Origin: Hypanus sabinus
Lineage: Eukaryota
DNA: 64,000 nucleotides
Reading direction: 5' to 3'
Assembly (NCBI RefSeq): GCF_030144855.1
Contig: NW_026779784.1
Coordinates: forward strand, 372,001 to 436,000
Under the pieces are notes generated by a model. The model saw nothing but the letters and a program-made list of their open reading frames with translations, had not been told where the DNA came from and ran no database searches. A program made the position numbers and the translations under genes. The number at the start of each line of letters is the position of its first letter. Positions within the stretch are counted from its first letter, which is position 1. Positions 12,786 through 25,080 of this stretch are shown here, one piece after another.

Positions 12786-13892
12786 TTACTGTGAACTGAC
12801 TGGTGTGCCAAGAGGTGGGATGACTGAGTGAATCCTTTCCCACATTCTGAGCCTCTCTCTAGTGTGAACTCGCTGATGACTCTGTAGGGTGGATGACTGA
12901 GTGAATCTCTTCCGACAGAATAAGCAGGTGAACGGCTTCTCCCCAGTGTGAAGTCGCTGGTGTCTCTGCAGGGTGGAAGAGTCAGTGAATCCTTTCCCAC
13001 ACACTGAGCAGGTGAACGGCATCTCCCCACTGTGAACTCGCTGGTGTCTCTGTAGGTCGGATGACCGAGTGAATCGCTTCCCACATTCTGAGCAGGTGAA
13101 CGGCTTCTCCCCAGTGTGAACTCGCTGGTGTCTCCGTAGGGTGGAAGAGTCAGTGAATCTCTTCCCACAGTCTGAGCAGGTGAACAGCTTCTCCCCAGTG
13201 TGAATTCGCTGATGTACCAGTAGGATGGATGACACAGTGAATCCTTTTCCACAGACTGAGCAGGTGAATGGCTTCTCCCCAGTGTGAACTCGCTGGTGTC
13301 TCTGTAGGTTGGATGACTGAGTGAATCCTTTCCCACAGACTGAGCAGGTGAATGGCTTCACCTCAGTGTGAACTCGCTGGTGTCTCTGTAGGTTGGATGA
13401 CAGAGTGAATCCTTTCCCACAGACTGAGCAGGTGAAAGGCTTCTCCCCAGTGTGAACTCGCTGGTGACTCTGTAGGGTGGATGACAGAGTGAATCCTTTC
13501 CCACAGACTGAGCAGGTGAATGGCTTCACCTCAGTGTGAACTCGCTGGTGTCTCTGTAGGGTGGATGACAGAGTGAATCCTTTCCCACAGACTGAGCAGG
13601 TGAATGGCTTCTCCCCAGTGTGAACTCGCTGGTGACTCTGTAGGTTGGATAACTGAGTAAATCTCTTCTCACAGACTGAGCAGGTGAACGGCTTCTCCTC
13701 AGTGTGAATTTGCTGATGTACCAGTAGGCGGGATGACAGTGTGAATCCCTTTCCACAGTCTGAGCAGGTGAACAGCTTCTCCCCAGTGTGAATTCGCTGA
13801 TGTACCAGTAGGGTGGATGACAGAGTGAATCCTTTCCCACAGACTGAGCAGGTGAACGGCCGCTCCCCAGTGTGAACTCGCTGGTGAGCCAT
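12786..13892 (-). CDS. C2H2 zinc-finger array protein, 368 aa, 12 intact fingers, no KRAB/SCAN/BTB domain seen
   Basis: Twelve CxxC-x12-HxxxH repeats with TGEKPF-type linkers and an ATG start. Splice acceptor ttttttacag|G puts the exon start at 14300; a matching donor exon ends at 19498. A frameshift precedes a 13th finger. Confidence 0.85.
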   Translation of the reverse strand: MAHQRVHTGERPFTCSVCGKGFTLSSTLLVHQRIHTGEKLFTCSDCGKGFTLSSRLLVHQQIHTEEKPFTCSVCEKRFTQLSNLQSHQRVHTGEKPFTCSVCGKGFTLSSTLQRHQRVHTEVKPFTCSVCGKGFTLSSTLQSHQRVHTGEKPFTCSVCGKGFTLSSNLQRHQRVHTEVKPFTCSVCGKGFTQSSNLQRHQRVHTGEKPFTCSVCGKGFTVSSILLVHQRIHTGEKLFTCSDCGKRFTDSSTLRRHQRVHTGEKPFTCSECGKRFTRSSDLQRHQRVHSGEMPFTCSVCGKGFTDSSTLQRHQRLHTGEKPFTCLFCRKRFTQSSTLQSHQRVHTRERLRMWERIHSVIPPLGTPVSSQ

Positions 13893-14799
13893 TAGTTCAG
13901 ATGACAGAGTGAATCCTTACCCAGAAGTTCAGCAGAAGACCAGCCTCTGCCCGGTGTGAACTGATTGGTGTGTCCACAGGTGGGATGACCGACTGAACCC
14001 CTTCTCACACACAGAACAGGTGAATGGCCTTGTCCAGTGTGAACTTGCTGATGTACCTTTAGTTGAGATAACCGAGTGAATCCATTCCCACTGTCTGGGC
14101 AGGTGAATGTCCTTTTTCCTGTGTAAAATGATGGGCGTGCCAGTTGGTCAAAATCACCGAGTGAATTCCTCCCCACAGTCTGAGCAGGAAGGGTGGACAA
14201 TTGGATCCCTTGCTCCAGTTCTTAAGTATCTAGGCAGAGACAACAAAACTGGCGTGTCGTGTTTGAGCTTCCTGGAGATGAATTCCTTCTCATTTTTAAC
14301 CTGTAAAAAAATTTACAAAATCCATCAATGGGTTTAGGACAACATTTCAGATGAGATTACTTGAGTTGCCAAGGTTTGATCTGGTATCACACGGTTACAG
14401 TGAGGTTCACCCTAAGTTGGACAGAGAAATCATCTCCTGACTGGGTAGAGTGCTGGAACCTGGAATGACCATCAATTCCCTGATACTCTTCCTGTCTCAA
14501 TAACAATGGAGCATTTCTGTCGTCTCCAATCTGTGACCTGGCTCATTTTGACTCCCTCCATTGGTATTATTCCTGGCTCCTGCTGAGCGGCACGTGTTCC
14601 TTGTCCCACAGTGACTGAAACACTCTCATGCAAATTGTCTTTCTTGACATGCAGCTGGGATCTTCTCTTGTGTATTATTAACAAAATGCCACAATTTTAA
14701 CGCCATTTAAAAAATTCCTGCTGAAATGACTGGTTGGCCGCACATCTGTTAAAAGGACTTAGAGTGAATTTTTGTATTATTTCAGGTTCTTGTCGCAAT

Positions 14800-16690
14800 C
14801 ATAGAAAATTTCAACACAGAAACAGGCCCTTTGGGCCATCTAGTTTGTGCTGAACTATTTAAACAGCCCACTCCCACACCCCTACCATCCAGGTATCTAC
14901 ACAAACCTCTTAAACGTTAAAATCGAGCTCGCATGCACCACTTGTGCTGGCTGCTCATTCCACAGCCGGATGACCCTCTATGTGAAGAAGTTCCTCTCAT
15001 GCTCCCCTTAACATTTCACCTTTCACCCATAACCCATGGCCTCTGGTTGTAGTCCCACCCAATCTCAGTGGAGAAAGCCAGCTTGCATTAACACTATGTG
15101 TGCCTCTCTATCACAATCAAATCTCCCCTCAATCTTCTACATTCCCAAGAATAATGCCCTGATTTGTTCAATCTTTCCTTATAATCCAAGTCCTCCAGAC
15201 ATGGCAACATCCTTGTGTATTTTCTCTGAAATCTCTGAACTTCTTTTACATCTTTCCTGTAGGTAGGTGACCAAAACTGCACATAATACTCCAAATAAGG
15301 CCTCACCAATGTCTTCTACAAGTCAACATAACATCCATCTATTGTTGTCACTACTGTGGTTCATGAAGGGCAATGGGCTAAAATATTTCCTTCCATCCCT
15401 ATCTAACTGTGATACCACTTTCAGTGAATTAAGGACTTGTATTCCCAGGTCCCTTTCTTCTACAACACTCCTCCGTGCCCGACCAGTCACTGTGAAAGAC
15501 CTCCCTTGGTAGGTCAGACCAAAGTGCCACGACTCACACTGGTCTGCATTAAATTCCATTTTCCATTTCTCAAACCATTTTCCCACCTGGCCCAGATCAC
15601 ACTGCAAGCCATGAAAGTCTTCTTGCAGCTGCTAAACCCCCAGTCTTGTTGTCATCCACAAATTTTCTGATTCAGTTAACCACACTATCATCCAGATTAC
15701 AGATATAGATGACAAACAACAACAGATCCAGCACTGATCCCTTTGGCACACAACTAATCACAGGATTACAGTTATAGAGGCAACCATCTGCTACTACACT
15801 GTGGCTTCTCCCAAAGACAGTGTCTCATCCAATCTACTGTCTCATCTAGAATGCTGAGTGACTGAACCTTCTTGACCAACCTCCCATATGAGACTTTATC
15901 AAGTGCCTTGCTAAAGTCCTTGTAGACAACATCTACTGCCTTGCCTTCATCCACTTCCCTGATAACTTCCTCGAGAGACTCTGAAAGATTGGCTAGAGCC
16001 ATACTGTCTATCCTTTATCAGTCCACATCTATCCAAATACTTACAGTATATACTTGGTTCCTGCACCCACATTCCAATAACTTTCCCAGTTCTGATGTCA
16101 AGCTCACCAATGGATAACTTCCTAGTTTATTTTACAGCCTTTCTTGAACAGCAGAACAACATTGTCTGTCCTCCAATCCTCCAGTACCTCACCTGTCACT
16201 AAGGATGATTTAAATATCTGTGCTTGGACCCCAATAATTTCTGCACTTGTCTTCCGCAGGGTCCAAGTGAACAACTTGTCAGGCCCTGGGGATTGATCCA
16301 CACTAATTTGCCTCAAGACAGCAAACCCCTCCACCTCTGTAATCTGTACAGCGTCCATGAAGTTAATGCGGCTTTGCCTCACTTCTCTAGACTCTGTGTC
16401 CATCTCTTGAGTAAATACGGATGCAAAAAAAATCTCCCCAAGTCTAGGCTATCCTTCATGTGGATTACCATTTTGATCTTCCAGAGGATTAATTTTTTTT
16501 CCCTTGCAATCTTTTTTGCTCTTAACATATCTGCAGAATCCCTGAGGATTCTCCTTCACCTTGTCTGCTGGGGCAACCTCATGCCTTCTTTTATTTCTTT
16601 CATAAGTGTTCACTTGAATTTCCTGTATTTCATAAGTACCCCATTTGCTCCTATCTGCCTGTACCTGGTATGCACCTCCTTTTTATTGAT
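14800..16690 (-). mobile_element. Decayed CR1 LINE ORF2 and 3' end
   Basis: KSPGPD-like QSPGPD, VLEDWRTDNVVLLFKKG, AVDVVYKDFSKALDKV, ERDLGIQV, VRPYLEYYVQFWSP; paralog at ~33608-34900. Confidence 0.8.
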
Positions 16691-17609
16691 CTGGGAGAGG
16701 AAAGCCAAAGAGGTGATAGATCTGCATGGAGGGAGGTGGGGGTAAGGAGTGTTAAACTAAAGTTGCAGGGGGAATGGGAGCCTGAATAACAGAACAGATG
16801 GTGGTGGGGTTGTGGAGAAAGATGTTGTTCAGGCCTCAGACAAATTTCAGGAATGAAAAAGTTGAGCATGGTGCAGTGAATATGCTGAGCCCTGTATATT
16901 TCAATACAGGGAGCAGTGCAGGAAAGGTGGATGAGTTCAGTGCATGGATCAACACCTAGAATCAACACTAGGACCTGGCAACTGTGGATTGGGACAGGCT
17001 GCTTTATGGCAAAGGTGTGCTTGGTAAATGGGAGGCTTCAAAGCAAAATTTTGAAAGTAGTAAGCGGGTATGTCAGAATAAAAGGTAAAGATAGAAACTG
17101 TAGGGAAACTTGGATTGCACGAGATATTGAGACCCTGGTAAAGCACAAAATGGAATTGCATAACAGGGATAGGCAGTCAGTTTCTTATGGAGTATAAGAA
17201 ATGCAAGAGAACACATAAGAAATCAATCAGGATGGCTAAAAGATGGCATGAGGTTGCTGACACAGAAAAGGTGAAGGATAATCCTCAGGGATTCTAGTGA
17301 TAGATTAAGAGCAAAAGGATTGCAAGGCACAAAGTTGGTCCTCTGGAAGACCGGAATGGCAATCCACGTGTGGAACCAAAGCAGATGGGGGAGATCTTAA
17401 ATATTTTTCCATCTCTCTTAACTCAGGAGATGGACAAAGGGTCTTTGGAGTGTGGAAACTCGGCATTAACCATTTCAACCCTGGGGGAAAAAACACTCCT
17501 CTGGCCACTCACATGCTCAATACCCCTCATCATTTTATACACCAAAAAATGTCTCTAAATATAAACAAGGAAATTATACATTGCACAATCTACTTTCCAC
17601 GATTCAGTA

Positions 17610-17947
17610 CATTTACACAGACAGGTGTGTAAAAAGGGCCCAACGAATATCAGCAACAAAAAGGCCCAATTCACCAGAACCACAAACTGTTCCTGCTGCT
17701 ATCATCCAGGACACGGTACCACAGCAAAAGGGCCAACAGGCTTCGGGACATCATCTTCTACCAGGCCATCAGACTGATTAATTCATGCTGATACAATTGC
17801 ATTTCGATGTTATATTGACTGTCCTATGTACAAACTATCTATTATAAATTACTATAAATTACACATTGCACATTTAGATGATGTAAGGTAAATATTTCTA
17901 CTCCTCATGTTTATGAAATATGTATCTAATAAAGTCAATTCAATTCA
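17610..17947 (+). mobile_element. Rex1-like LINE 3' end with (ATTCA)n tail; empty-site paralog of the Gypsy insertion
   Basis: aataaagtcaattcaattca tail; homologous to 37100-37333 joined to 44488-44596. Confidence 0.7.
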
Positions 17948-19497
17948 CCCTCTCCACTATCTGTTCTGTCATTCTGGCTCCCATTCCCCCTACAACTTAT
18001 TTTAACCACATCACCCCCTCCCCTGCTCACTACCACTAGCAAGTCTTACCACTAGGATATTCGTCCCCTCTTGTTCTGTTCCTCTAACTAACGAATCCCC
18101 TATCAGTCTTTTGACTTTCCTCTGCCAGGTAATTCCCCCCACAGCTTCTGAAGTGGTCCACCTGTTGTTGGGTGAAATGGCCACAAGAGTACTCTGCGAT
18201 GCCTATTTAACCTCATTCCCCTTCCTGACTCTCACCCAGTTTCCTGTGTCCTGCACCTTGGGAGTAGCTCACCTCCCTTCATGTCATATCTATCACCCCC
18301 TCCAACTGCTGGATGATATGGAATTCACCCATTTCAAGCAGCTCATTGAAGTGCAGGGTTACAAGTTGCAGCTGGATGCACATCTTGTAGGGGAGGGCAT
18401 CAGGGACACTGCAGGTCTCCCCTCCTTCCCTCGAATACCCCTCTACTTTGTAATAACCAGTGTGCAGATAAATCTTGTACTGTGTATTTTTTATCCAGTG
18501 ACAAGATGTGCACAGTGAATTTTATATAGAGAGGTATTCATTTTCACGGCTAGCAAATCACTGTCAATAGGAACTTTGATCTCCTCTGGGTTTGATCGAG
18601 TTCATCTGCACTCTCACACAACCTATGTAGCAGGCCTGTAACAGGAAATGCAGGAGTTTCTCACCAAAGCTTTTACACATTGTCCATATGTGGTTTGCTT
18701 GCTAAATTACACTTTAAGAAGTCAGATTTCCAAATATCACTCCACTTCTTCCCACTTGCAAATTCTCCAGCAACTTTTGCATCACCAAAATGCAAACAGG
18801 CATCACTAGTTTCTGTGTTCTACATAAATATTCCCCCTGAACCCGTCCCCAATGACTGACGGTGGTGAACTCAGTGAATGAAATCCCAATGAATACGAAG
18901 GGAAGGGCAGTAGTCTTTCTGTCTCACTGGAGTCTGGCACATTTGTGAAGTGAAAGCTACTTGTTGTCCAGGGCAAAGGTGTTTGATATCATAATGTACC
19001 CAGAGAGAATGGGACAAAACATGTTCTCACCGGTAGAAAAGTGCAGAACTAGAGGAGGTAGAGGAAGCAACACACACAAAATACTGGAGGAACTCAGCAG
19101 GCCAGGCAGCATCTACGGAAAAGAGTACTAATGCTGAGTTCCTCCGGCATTTTGTGTGTGTTGCTTGGAATTCCAGCATCTGCAGATTTTCTCTTGTTTG
19201 TGTTGGAGGGAGAACAAAGGTGATTTTCTCAACTGCTGATGTAAAAGATTTTGCTCCCTTTCTCCGAGTTCCTAATCCTTGGATTTAGATAGCTGGAGCT
19301 CAGCTCTGTCTGAGAGATCCATCGGTTCCCATTCCCTCATCAGCCGGAAGCTCCCCGGGGCCCGTGTACGGATCGTGGAGCTGAGAGAGAGGGAAGAGGG
19401 CAGGACTGTCCCGGGATTGCTGCCCACGGTGTCCGAAATTCAGAGGAATTATCCTGAAGTCGGTATTTAAGATAAAAACACAATTAATCGCTCTTAC

Positions 19498-19600
19498 CTG
19501 CAACCGACATTTTCAAAGCCTTCTGTGCACTGCGCGCATGCGTGAAACTCAGGGACGTCCTCAGCCTGACGCCTGCGCATTTCATCGGCGCTTCAGCGAA
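19498..19600 (-). promoter_or_regulatory. Promoter and non-coding exon 1 of ZNF gene 1
   Basis: TGCGCGCATGCG (NRF1-type) at 19531-19542 and GCCTGCGCA nearby; minus-strand donor CAG|GTAAGA at 19498/19497; conserved at 48661-48745. Confidence 0.65.
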
Positions 19601-20034
19601 TTGCCCTATGGGTAATCACGGTGCCATTAAACATTTCTGCAAGCACCGGTTCAATGTCCATACCTCATTTTTTTTATCTTGGGTATAGAAAAAATCTGCA
19701 GCTGTTTTAATGCAGAAAGCGGCTCCCATAAGCAATATACTCAATATCAACGTGTATCTAATGCCAAAGTAAAATGCAGATATAAAACATAGGAGATTCT
19801 GCAGTTGCTGGAAATACTGAGAAAACATTTTCTAAGTATTCCTCTCCAAAATTTCTGCCTTATCTGTTGATTTCCACCTGTGTTTTGCAGAAATTAACCA
19901 CCTTTTTTTTTCGATCAACCAGTTTCCAAATGCTTCTAATCTTTCACTTTTAACCACATCGTGCTGGTCTTATTCGTCCTCCTCCTCTGGACACCATCTC
20001 TCTCTGGAGCCCCTGAATCAAGCTGGCAACTCTT

Positions 20035-20394
20035 TTGTGTTGATCTGATCATCGACACGCAGTGCAGAACGGATGTGTGACTGTCACTTCGTATCATCCA
20101 TATGTGTGGATTTGCTGGAGTATCCTGTGGTATCACTTTTGTTGGCCCTTACCTGGAATCGGGGTGTTCTGTGGTAATCACTTGAAGACGATATTCCTGT
20201 GACTGTCACCTGGTGATATTTCTAAGTGGATTTCGGAGCTAATCGACGGATAAGATCTTCGGCGACTGTTATTTCGTTTACCCAGCGTGGAATGTGTGTG
20301 GAATTCTTCGTAATTGCCTTCTCTCTACATTCCCTTTATTAGTAACTACGCTATACAACAATATAAATGCAGATATATCAAACAGGTTAGCAAT

Positions 20395-20450
<56 letters not shown>

Positions 20451-21220
20451 AGGAAAGCCAAGCTTCTTCACGCCTCGGGGTGAATGGATACCGTCTTCCG
20501 GTGATGAGTGAAGTTCGGTTCAGTTCGTGGGATTGAGTCGGGGAGTGATGGAGAGAGAGAGAGGGAGAGTTTTGAGTCTTCAGGTAAGCTGACGCCGTCG
20601 ATAGTCCCTTCGTCCTCCGAAATCCTTTGGAAGTCACCGACTGTGACCACTATAAATGGGACCGTTCTTCAGTGGTGGAGTTATTAACCCAGGCGAGGGA
20701 TGGACACACGAATAACTCCCCACCGGTCACAGCCTTTTCACACTGCGAGAGCCACTGATTGATGCTCCGGATCGATCTTCCAAAGCCCAACTTTTTCTGT
20801 GGACACAACAAAGCTCATTCAGTGTCCAAAACCATGTGTCTGGAGGTCTATCAGCGGACCTCCTACTTATCTCATCGTGCTGAGCCCCAGCTGTCCATCA
20901 AACAGTTCCTCCCTTCTCTCTCTGTAAGAACACAGAAGCTGACAGTGTCCTTGTAAAAGTGTCAACAAGCTTGCAGAGAAACCATAACATCGTCTCCGAG
21001 CAGTCTTCCTCTCTAACTCTCTCTCTCTCTCTCTCTCTCACTCTCTGTCCACCTTCCCTCCCTCCCTCTCTCTGTGTCCGGTGTTGAACATCTCCCTCTC
21101 TCTTTTCAAAAATACAGTTCATAAGGGTAATTCAGGACCCCGTCACTATAATAATGAAGAGAGTGGTTTTAACATCGAAACCAGACTCCGTTAGTGATCT
21201 ATTGCTGCTGGCACGTAACA
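20035..21220 (+). mobile_element. 5'-deleted solo LTR with a nested antisense LTR fragment (~20331-21147)
   Basis: Homologous to 49570-50075; ends CGTAACA followed by ATTG. The middle is replaced by unrelated LTR-like sequence carrying a minus-strand AATAAA (~20335) and microsatellites. Confidence 0.65.
20399..20446. repeat. (GT)24 microsatellite
   Basis: Read directly. Confidence 0.95.
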
Positions 21221-21399
21221 ATTGCAACAACCCAGCTGTCTGAGGCACAATCCTTTAAAATTGGTGAAAATGACCCAAAACGTTGAAAAGAGCGGGTAAG
21301 AAGGAGTTTAACCAACTTCGTCCGGAGCCCTGAACAACGTCACAACCACAGTGAGCTCATCGTCTTGTTCAGCCCGGAGACAATCATGCAGGAAATTCA

Positions 21400-21755
21400 T
21401 GCAGGTGTATAAGATGATGAGAGGCATTGGTCGTGTGGATAGTCAGAGGCTTTTTCCCAGGGCAGAAACGGCTAACACGAGGGTGAATAGGTTTAAGCTG
21501 CTTGGAAGTAGGTATAGAGGACATGTCAGAGCTAAGTTTTTTAAACAAAGAGTGGCGTGTGTGTGGAATGCACCGCCAGCGACGGTAGTAGAGCCGGATA
21601 CAAAAAGGTCTGTTAAGATAGGTACATGGAGCTTAGGAAAATAGATGGCTATGCGGTAGGGTAATTCTAAGCAATTTCTAGAGTAAGTTACATGGTCGGT
21701 ACAACATTGTGGGACAAAGTATCGATAATATGTTGTAGATTTCTGTGATTCTATG
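21400..21755 (+). mobile_element. CR1 LINE 3' end
   Basis: VYKMMRGIGRVDSQRLFPR..FKQRV..VWNA and a ttctatg tail; same subfamily at ~50255-50620 (+) and ~34930-35310 (-). Confidence 0.75.
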
Positions 21756-21949
21756 ACATTCAAGGGAAATCTCCTATCCCACGGAGTGGTGACTAGATGC
21801 AACCTGTCATCTCAGGGAGAGTGAGAGGGAAACGGCGGGGGTAGATTTTCATATACTGATATGGAACAGAAACATGGGCAGGGACCAGCTGGGCTGAGTG
21901 GCCTCTCAAGCGAGACACGGGATTTGATACAGGATTTATCTTTCACGGG

Positions 21950-22560
21950 ATTTATCTTTCACAGATCCACAATATTAAACACCAGTCTAGTTTAAGTCTA
22001 ACATCAGCAGAACAGACTCCTCCAATGCTCAGTGACCAGGGTTCAGTCCTGGGTGCGATGAGCAGCCGCAAGAACTGCAGAATCTGACAGTAACAGTCCC
22101 TCATGAACCTGCAGCTGCCTTCAGTCACCGTGATGGTTAAACATTTAACACGGAGCTGATTTGAACTTCCTCCCTGATGTGAAGTTTCTGGTGTTGCAGC
22201 AGCTGGGATGATTGAGTAAAACTCTTTGCTCACTCCAGACAGAAATGTGGCCTCTATTTATTGCGAACTCACCGGAGCATCACAAGGTGGGTTAACTGAA
22301 TGTGTCTCTTCACATACACGGAGCAGGTGAACGGCCGCTTCCCAGTGCGAAGCTGTTTGTGTATCTGCGATGGCCGACTGAATCCCTTCCAAAATGAGAG
22401 CCAGTGAATGACGTCACAGTGCTATAACGTCATGGCGATGTATCCAATCAGATCACGGACATGGACACGTGATCGGGCTCTCCTTGTAGCGAGTGGGGCG
22501 CTGTCTTCTCCAACATCTCCGCCTCCACATTCAAGGACCGGAGGCATTCAAGCGATGGTG
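21950..22560 (-). pseudogene. Degenerate C2H2 zinc-finger relic with probable 3' UTR
   Basis: Minus strand ggaagggattcagtcggccatc..cactgggaagcggccgttcacctgctccgtg is a decayed GKGFSR..TG-RPFTCSV; paralog at ~50830-51450. Confidence 0.55.
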
Positions 22561-23779
22561 ACCTGACAGATACAGCAGTCTAACGTGTTTGTGAGTCCCA
22601 TAGACAATTCCTTTGCCTTTTCTACACTGTTAAAAGCTTGGAGGGTGAAGGACAACATTTCAACTCAGATAATTTTACTCTCCATGGTGCCTTCTGAAAA
22701 AAACTGTCACAGCTCAGAACAAGTTGGAGGAACAAGACTTCATCTTCTAACAGGCTACAGTTCCGGCATCAGGAACAATATCAAACTCTCCGCTTCCCTC
22801 GCTGTATCAAAATGGATCATTCCTCCCCTTCATCACTCTGTGACTTGGCTCAGTTTGTCTGTCTCCTTCGCATTCTGAGCATGCGCCACACACCCACTGA
22901 GATCACATTTTACTTACACGGCTGTGACTAGAGACTTTCTGATTATTATGTCCCTCCTGGTATTTGACGGTTGTAAACTCCGAGTCAGCAATGGTATTGA
23001 CCCTCAGGAGTAGGTGATTAGGCTTTTTCGTTGGAGATCGATAAACTGCCGGTAGTGTGTGTCTGGATGAGTGGGTCGTTTTCAGACTGGAAGGAGGTAG
23101 CGTTTGGAGTACCCCAGAGAGCAGTCCCTGACCACAGTTGTTCACAATTTAATGTCCTGGCGGAGGCAGCGAGATGTGAGATGCCCCAGTCTGCTGGTGA
23201 CGCAGAAAGAGTGGAGTTGAGGGAGGGGAGGCTATTCACATGCAATTTCGTAGCTTTGCAATCAGTACATAGTGCACTGTGGGGCTGCAGTGGCGGGTTC
23301 CAATCTGCTAATTAGATTTGCTGACCACGGTACATTGATCCGCCGGATCCCAAATAATAACGAGGCAGCGTATAGAGAAGAAGTCATCACCCCGACACAG
23401 TCATGTCAAGAAAACGACCTCTCCCTCATTGTAACGAAAACAAAGGAGCTGGTTGTGGATTACAGGAGGAATGGAGACAGGGAACAAATTCAACATTTCC
23501 AAGTCTGTTATTGACACACATGCACATTTTAGTATTGATCATGACACAATGTATTTTAAATATTGTTAATGACATAAAACATATTTACAGATTGTTACTG
23601 ACAGAGAACCGTATAACTTCTGTTCCGCGTATTATCTGAATGTACTTGCCTGTGATGCTGCCACAAGTCAGTGTTTCTCTGTTCCTGTACCTTCCCGTAC
23701 TTGAGCACTTGGCAATAAATTCAACAGGACCTGAGAAATCTCAGTGAGATTTGATTAGTGATGATCATCTTGGCAGCTC

Positions 23780-25080
23780 GGTAGGTCGAATGTATGAGAC
23801 AGTACACTGTTAAATGCAAAACCCTGAGCATTGTCGATGATCAGAGGGATCTTAGACTCCAAGTTCATCGCTCCCTGAAAGAGACTGCACAGATTGATCC
23901 GGTGGTTAAGAAGGCAAATGACATGGTTGTCCTTATTAGTTGAAGCATTGAGTTCAAAAGTCGGGAAGTTGTGTTGCGGCTGTTACGAGCCTGCGGTCGT
24001 ACTGTGACTGTTTCTTTAAGAGCGCCGGCGTGAGGAGGCGGGACTATGACGTCAGTCACAGGCTGACAGCGCTGACTGTGGACTGAACCGTAAGAGAGAG
24101 AGAGAGCGATCTGCAGACAGGCAGTCGGCCAGTCTAAAAAAGAGAGAGAGAGAGAGAGAGTGAGAGAGAAAGAGAAAAAAGCTGATCGCTTCAGTTAGTC
24201 GCAGCTGAGGCTTGGAACTCTCCTATGCCCACAAGAGTGGGTTGATCATCGGTACACGGAAACACAACGAACGTCTGTGGCTGTCACTTCGTATAATCCA
24301 TAGGAGTGGGTTTTGGAATATCTTGTGTTAACCCTTACCTGGGTATGTTGTGTGGTAACCCCTGGAAGACGGTAACTCGTCTGTGGACGGATTCAGCGGA
24401 TAAGAACTTCGACGGCGGTTGGTTGAAGTAACGGCCGTTTCTCTACGTTTCACCCTGGATTACAAATATCTCTCTCCCATCATTTATTCCGTGGATTACT
24501 GAACTTTCCTACTTTACCATCTCAGGACTCTAAGCTTTGTTCCCTCAGGCTCGATAATCTGTGGGTTATATTTACACACATATACACATAACACTGTTAA
24601 TTTCCCTTCATTTCGTTAAGTTACTATATTATAAGTCGATACTACTAAAGATAATGGTTTTAACATCAAAACCAGACTCCACTGTGAACTCTAGTGCTGC
24701 TGGTTCGTTTCTAAAACGCCACAGTTTGGAACACAGTTTTATAGAACTAGTTAGACCACATCTGGATTGTTTCATACTGTTCTGGTCGCCCCGATTCTCG
24801 GAAGGATGTCGGGTCTTTGGAGAGGGCACAGAAGAGGTTTACCAGGACACTGCCTGGATTAGAGGACATGAGCTATAACGAGAGTTTGGACAAACTTGTG
24901 TTGTTTTCTCCAGAGCGGCGTAGGCTGGGGTGAGACTGGATGGACGTTTATAAGATTACGAGAGGAATAGATAGAGTGGATAGACGATATATTTTTCCTG
25001 GGGGTTGAAATGTCTAATACATTTAAGGTGAGTGGAGATGTGAGCGGCGTTTGCTTCTTTCCACAGAGTAGTGGGTAAAC
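23780..25080 (+). mobile_element. CR1 LINE fragment interrupted by a solo LTR
   Basis: cagagggatcttagactccaagttcat..gttgtgttgcggc|LTR|cagttttatagaactagttagacca..ttctggtcgccc: contiguous CR1 ORF2 on both sides of the LTR. Confidence 0.7.
23981..24733 (+). mobile_element. Solo LTR (Gypsy/Gmr1-related)
   Basis: TGTTACGAG ... GGAACA termini; degenerate 4-bp TSD cggc/cagt; 3' end shared with other LTRs in the window. Confidence 0.7.

Larger units (their letters stand above)
4855..22590. repeat. Segmental duplication module, copy 1
   Basis: 4855-9900 is collinear with 52715-57740; ~7000-22590 is collinear with ~25115-51490. Repeat-to-repeat junctions are shared and many translated ORFs are near-identical (e.g. 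21952-22233 vs 50833-51114; 6762-7001 vs 54623-54862). Confidence 0.9.

Noticed and set aside
12767-13336. Alternative-frame repetitive ORFs over the ZNF arrays (e.g. 189 aa, 143 aa)
   Set aside because: Expected by-product of stop-free 84-bp repeats.
12786-13892. 84-bp periodic repeats with variable segments resembling a CRISPR array
   Set aside because: They are in-frame C2H2 finger codons; no cas genes; vertebrate context.
13890-14200. Upstream ORF ending in a TAATG stop-start overlap with the ZNF1 ATG
   Set aside because: It starts with TTG, consists of frameshifted decayed fingers, and the overlap is not conserved in gene 2 (CTTATG).
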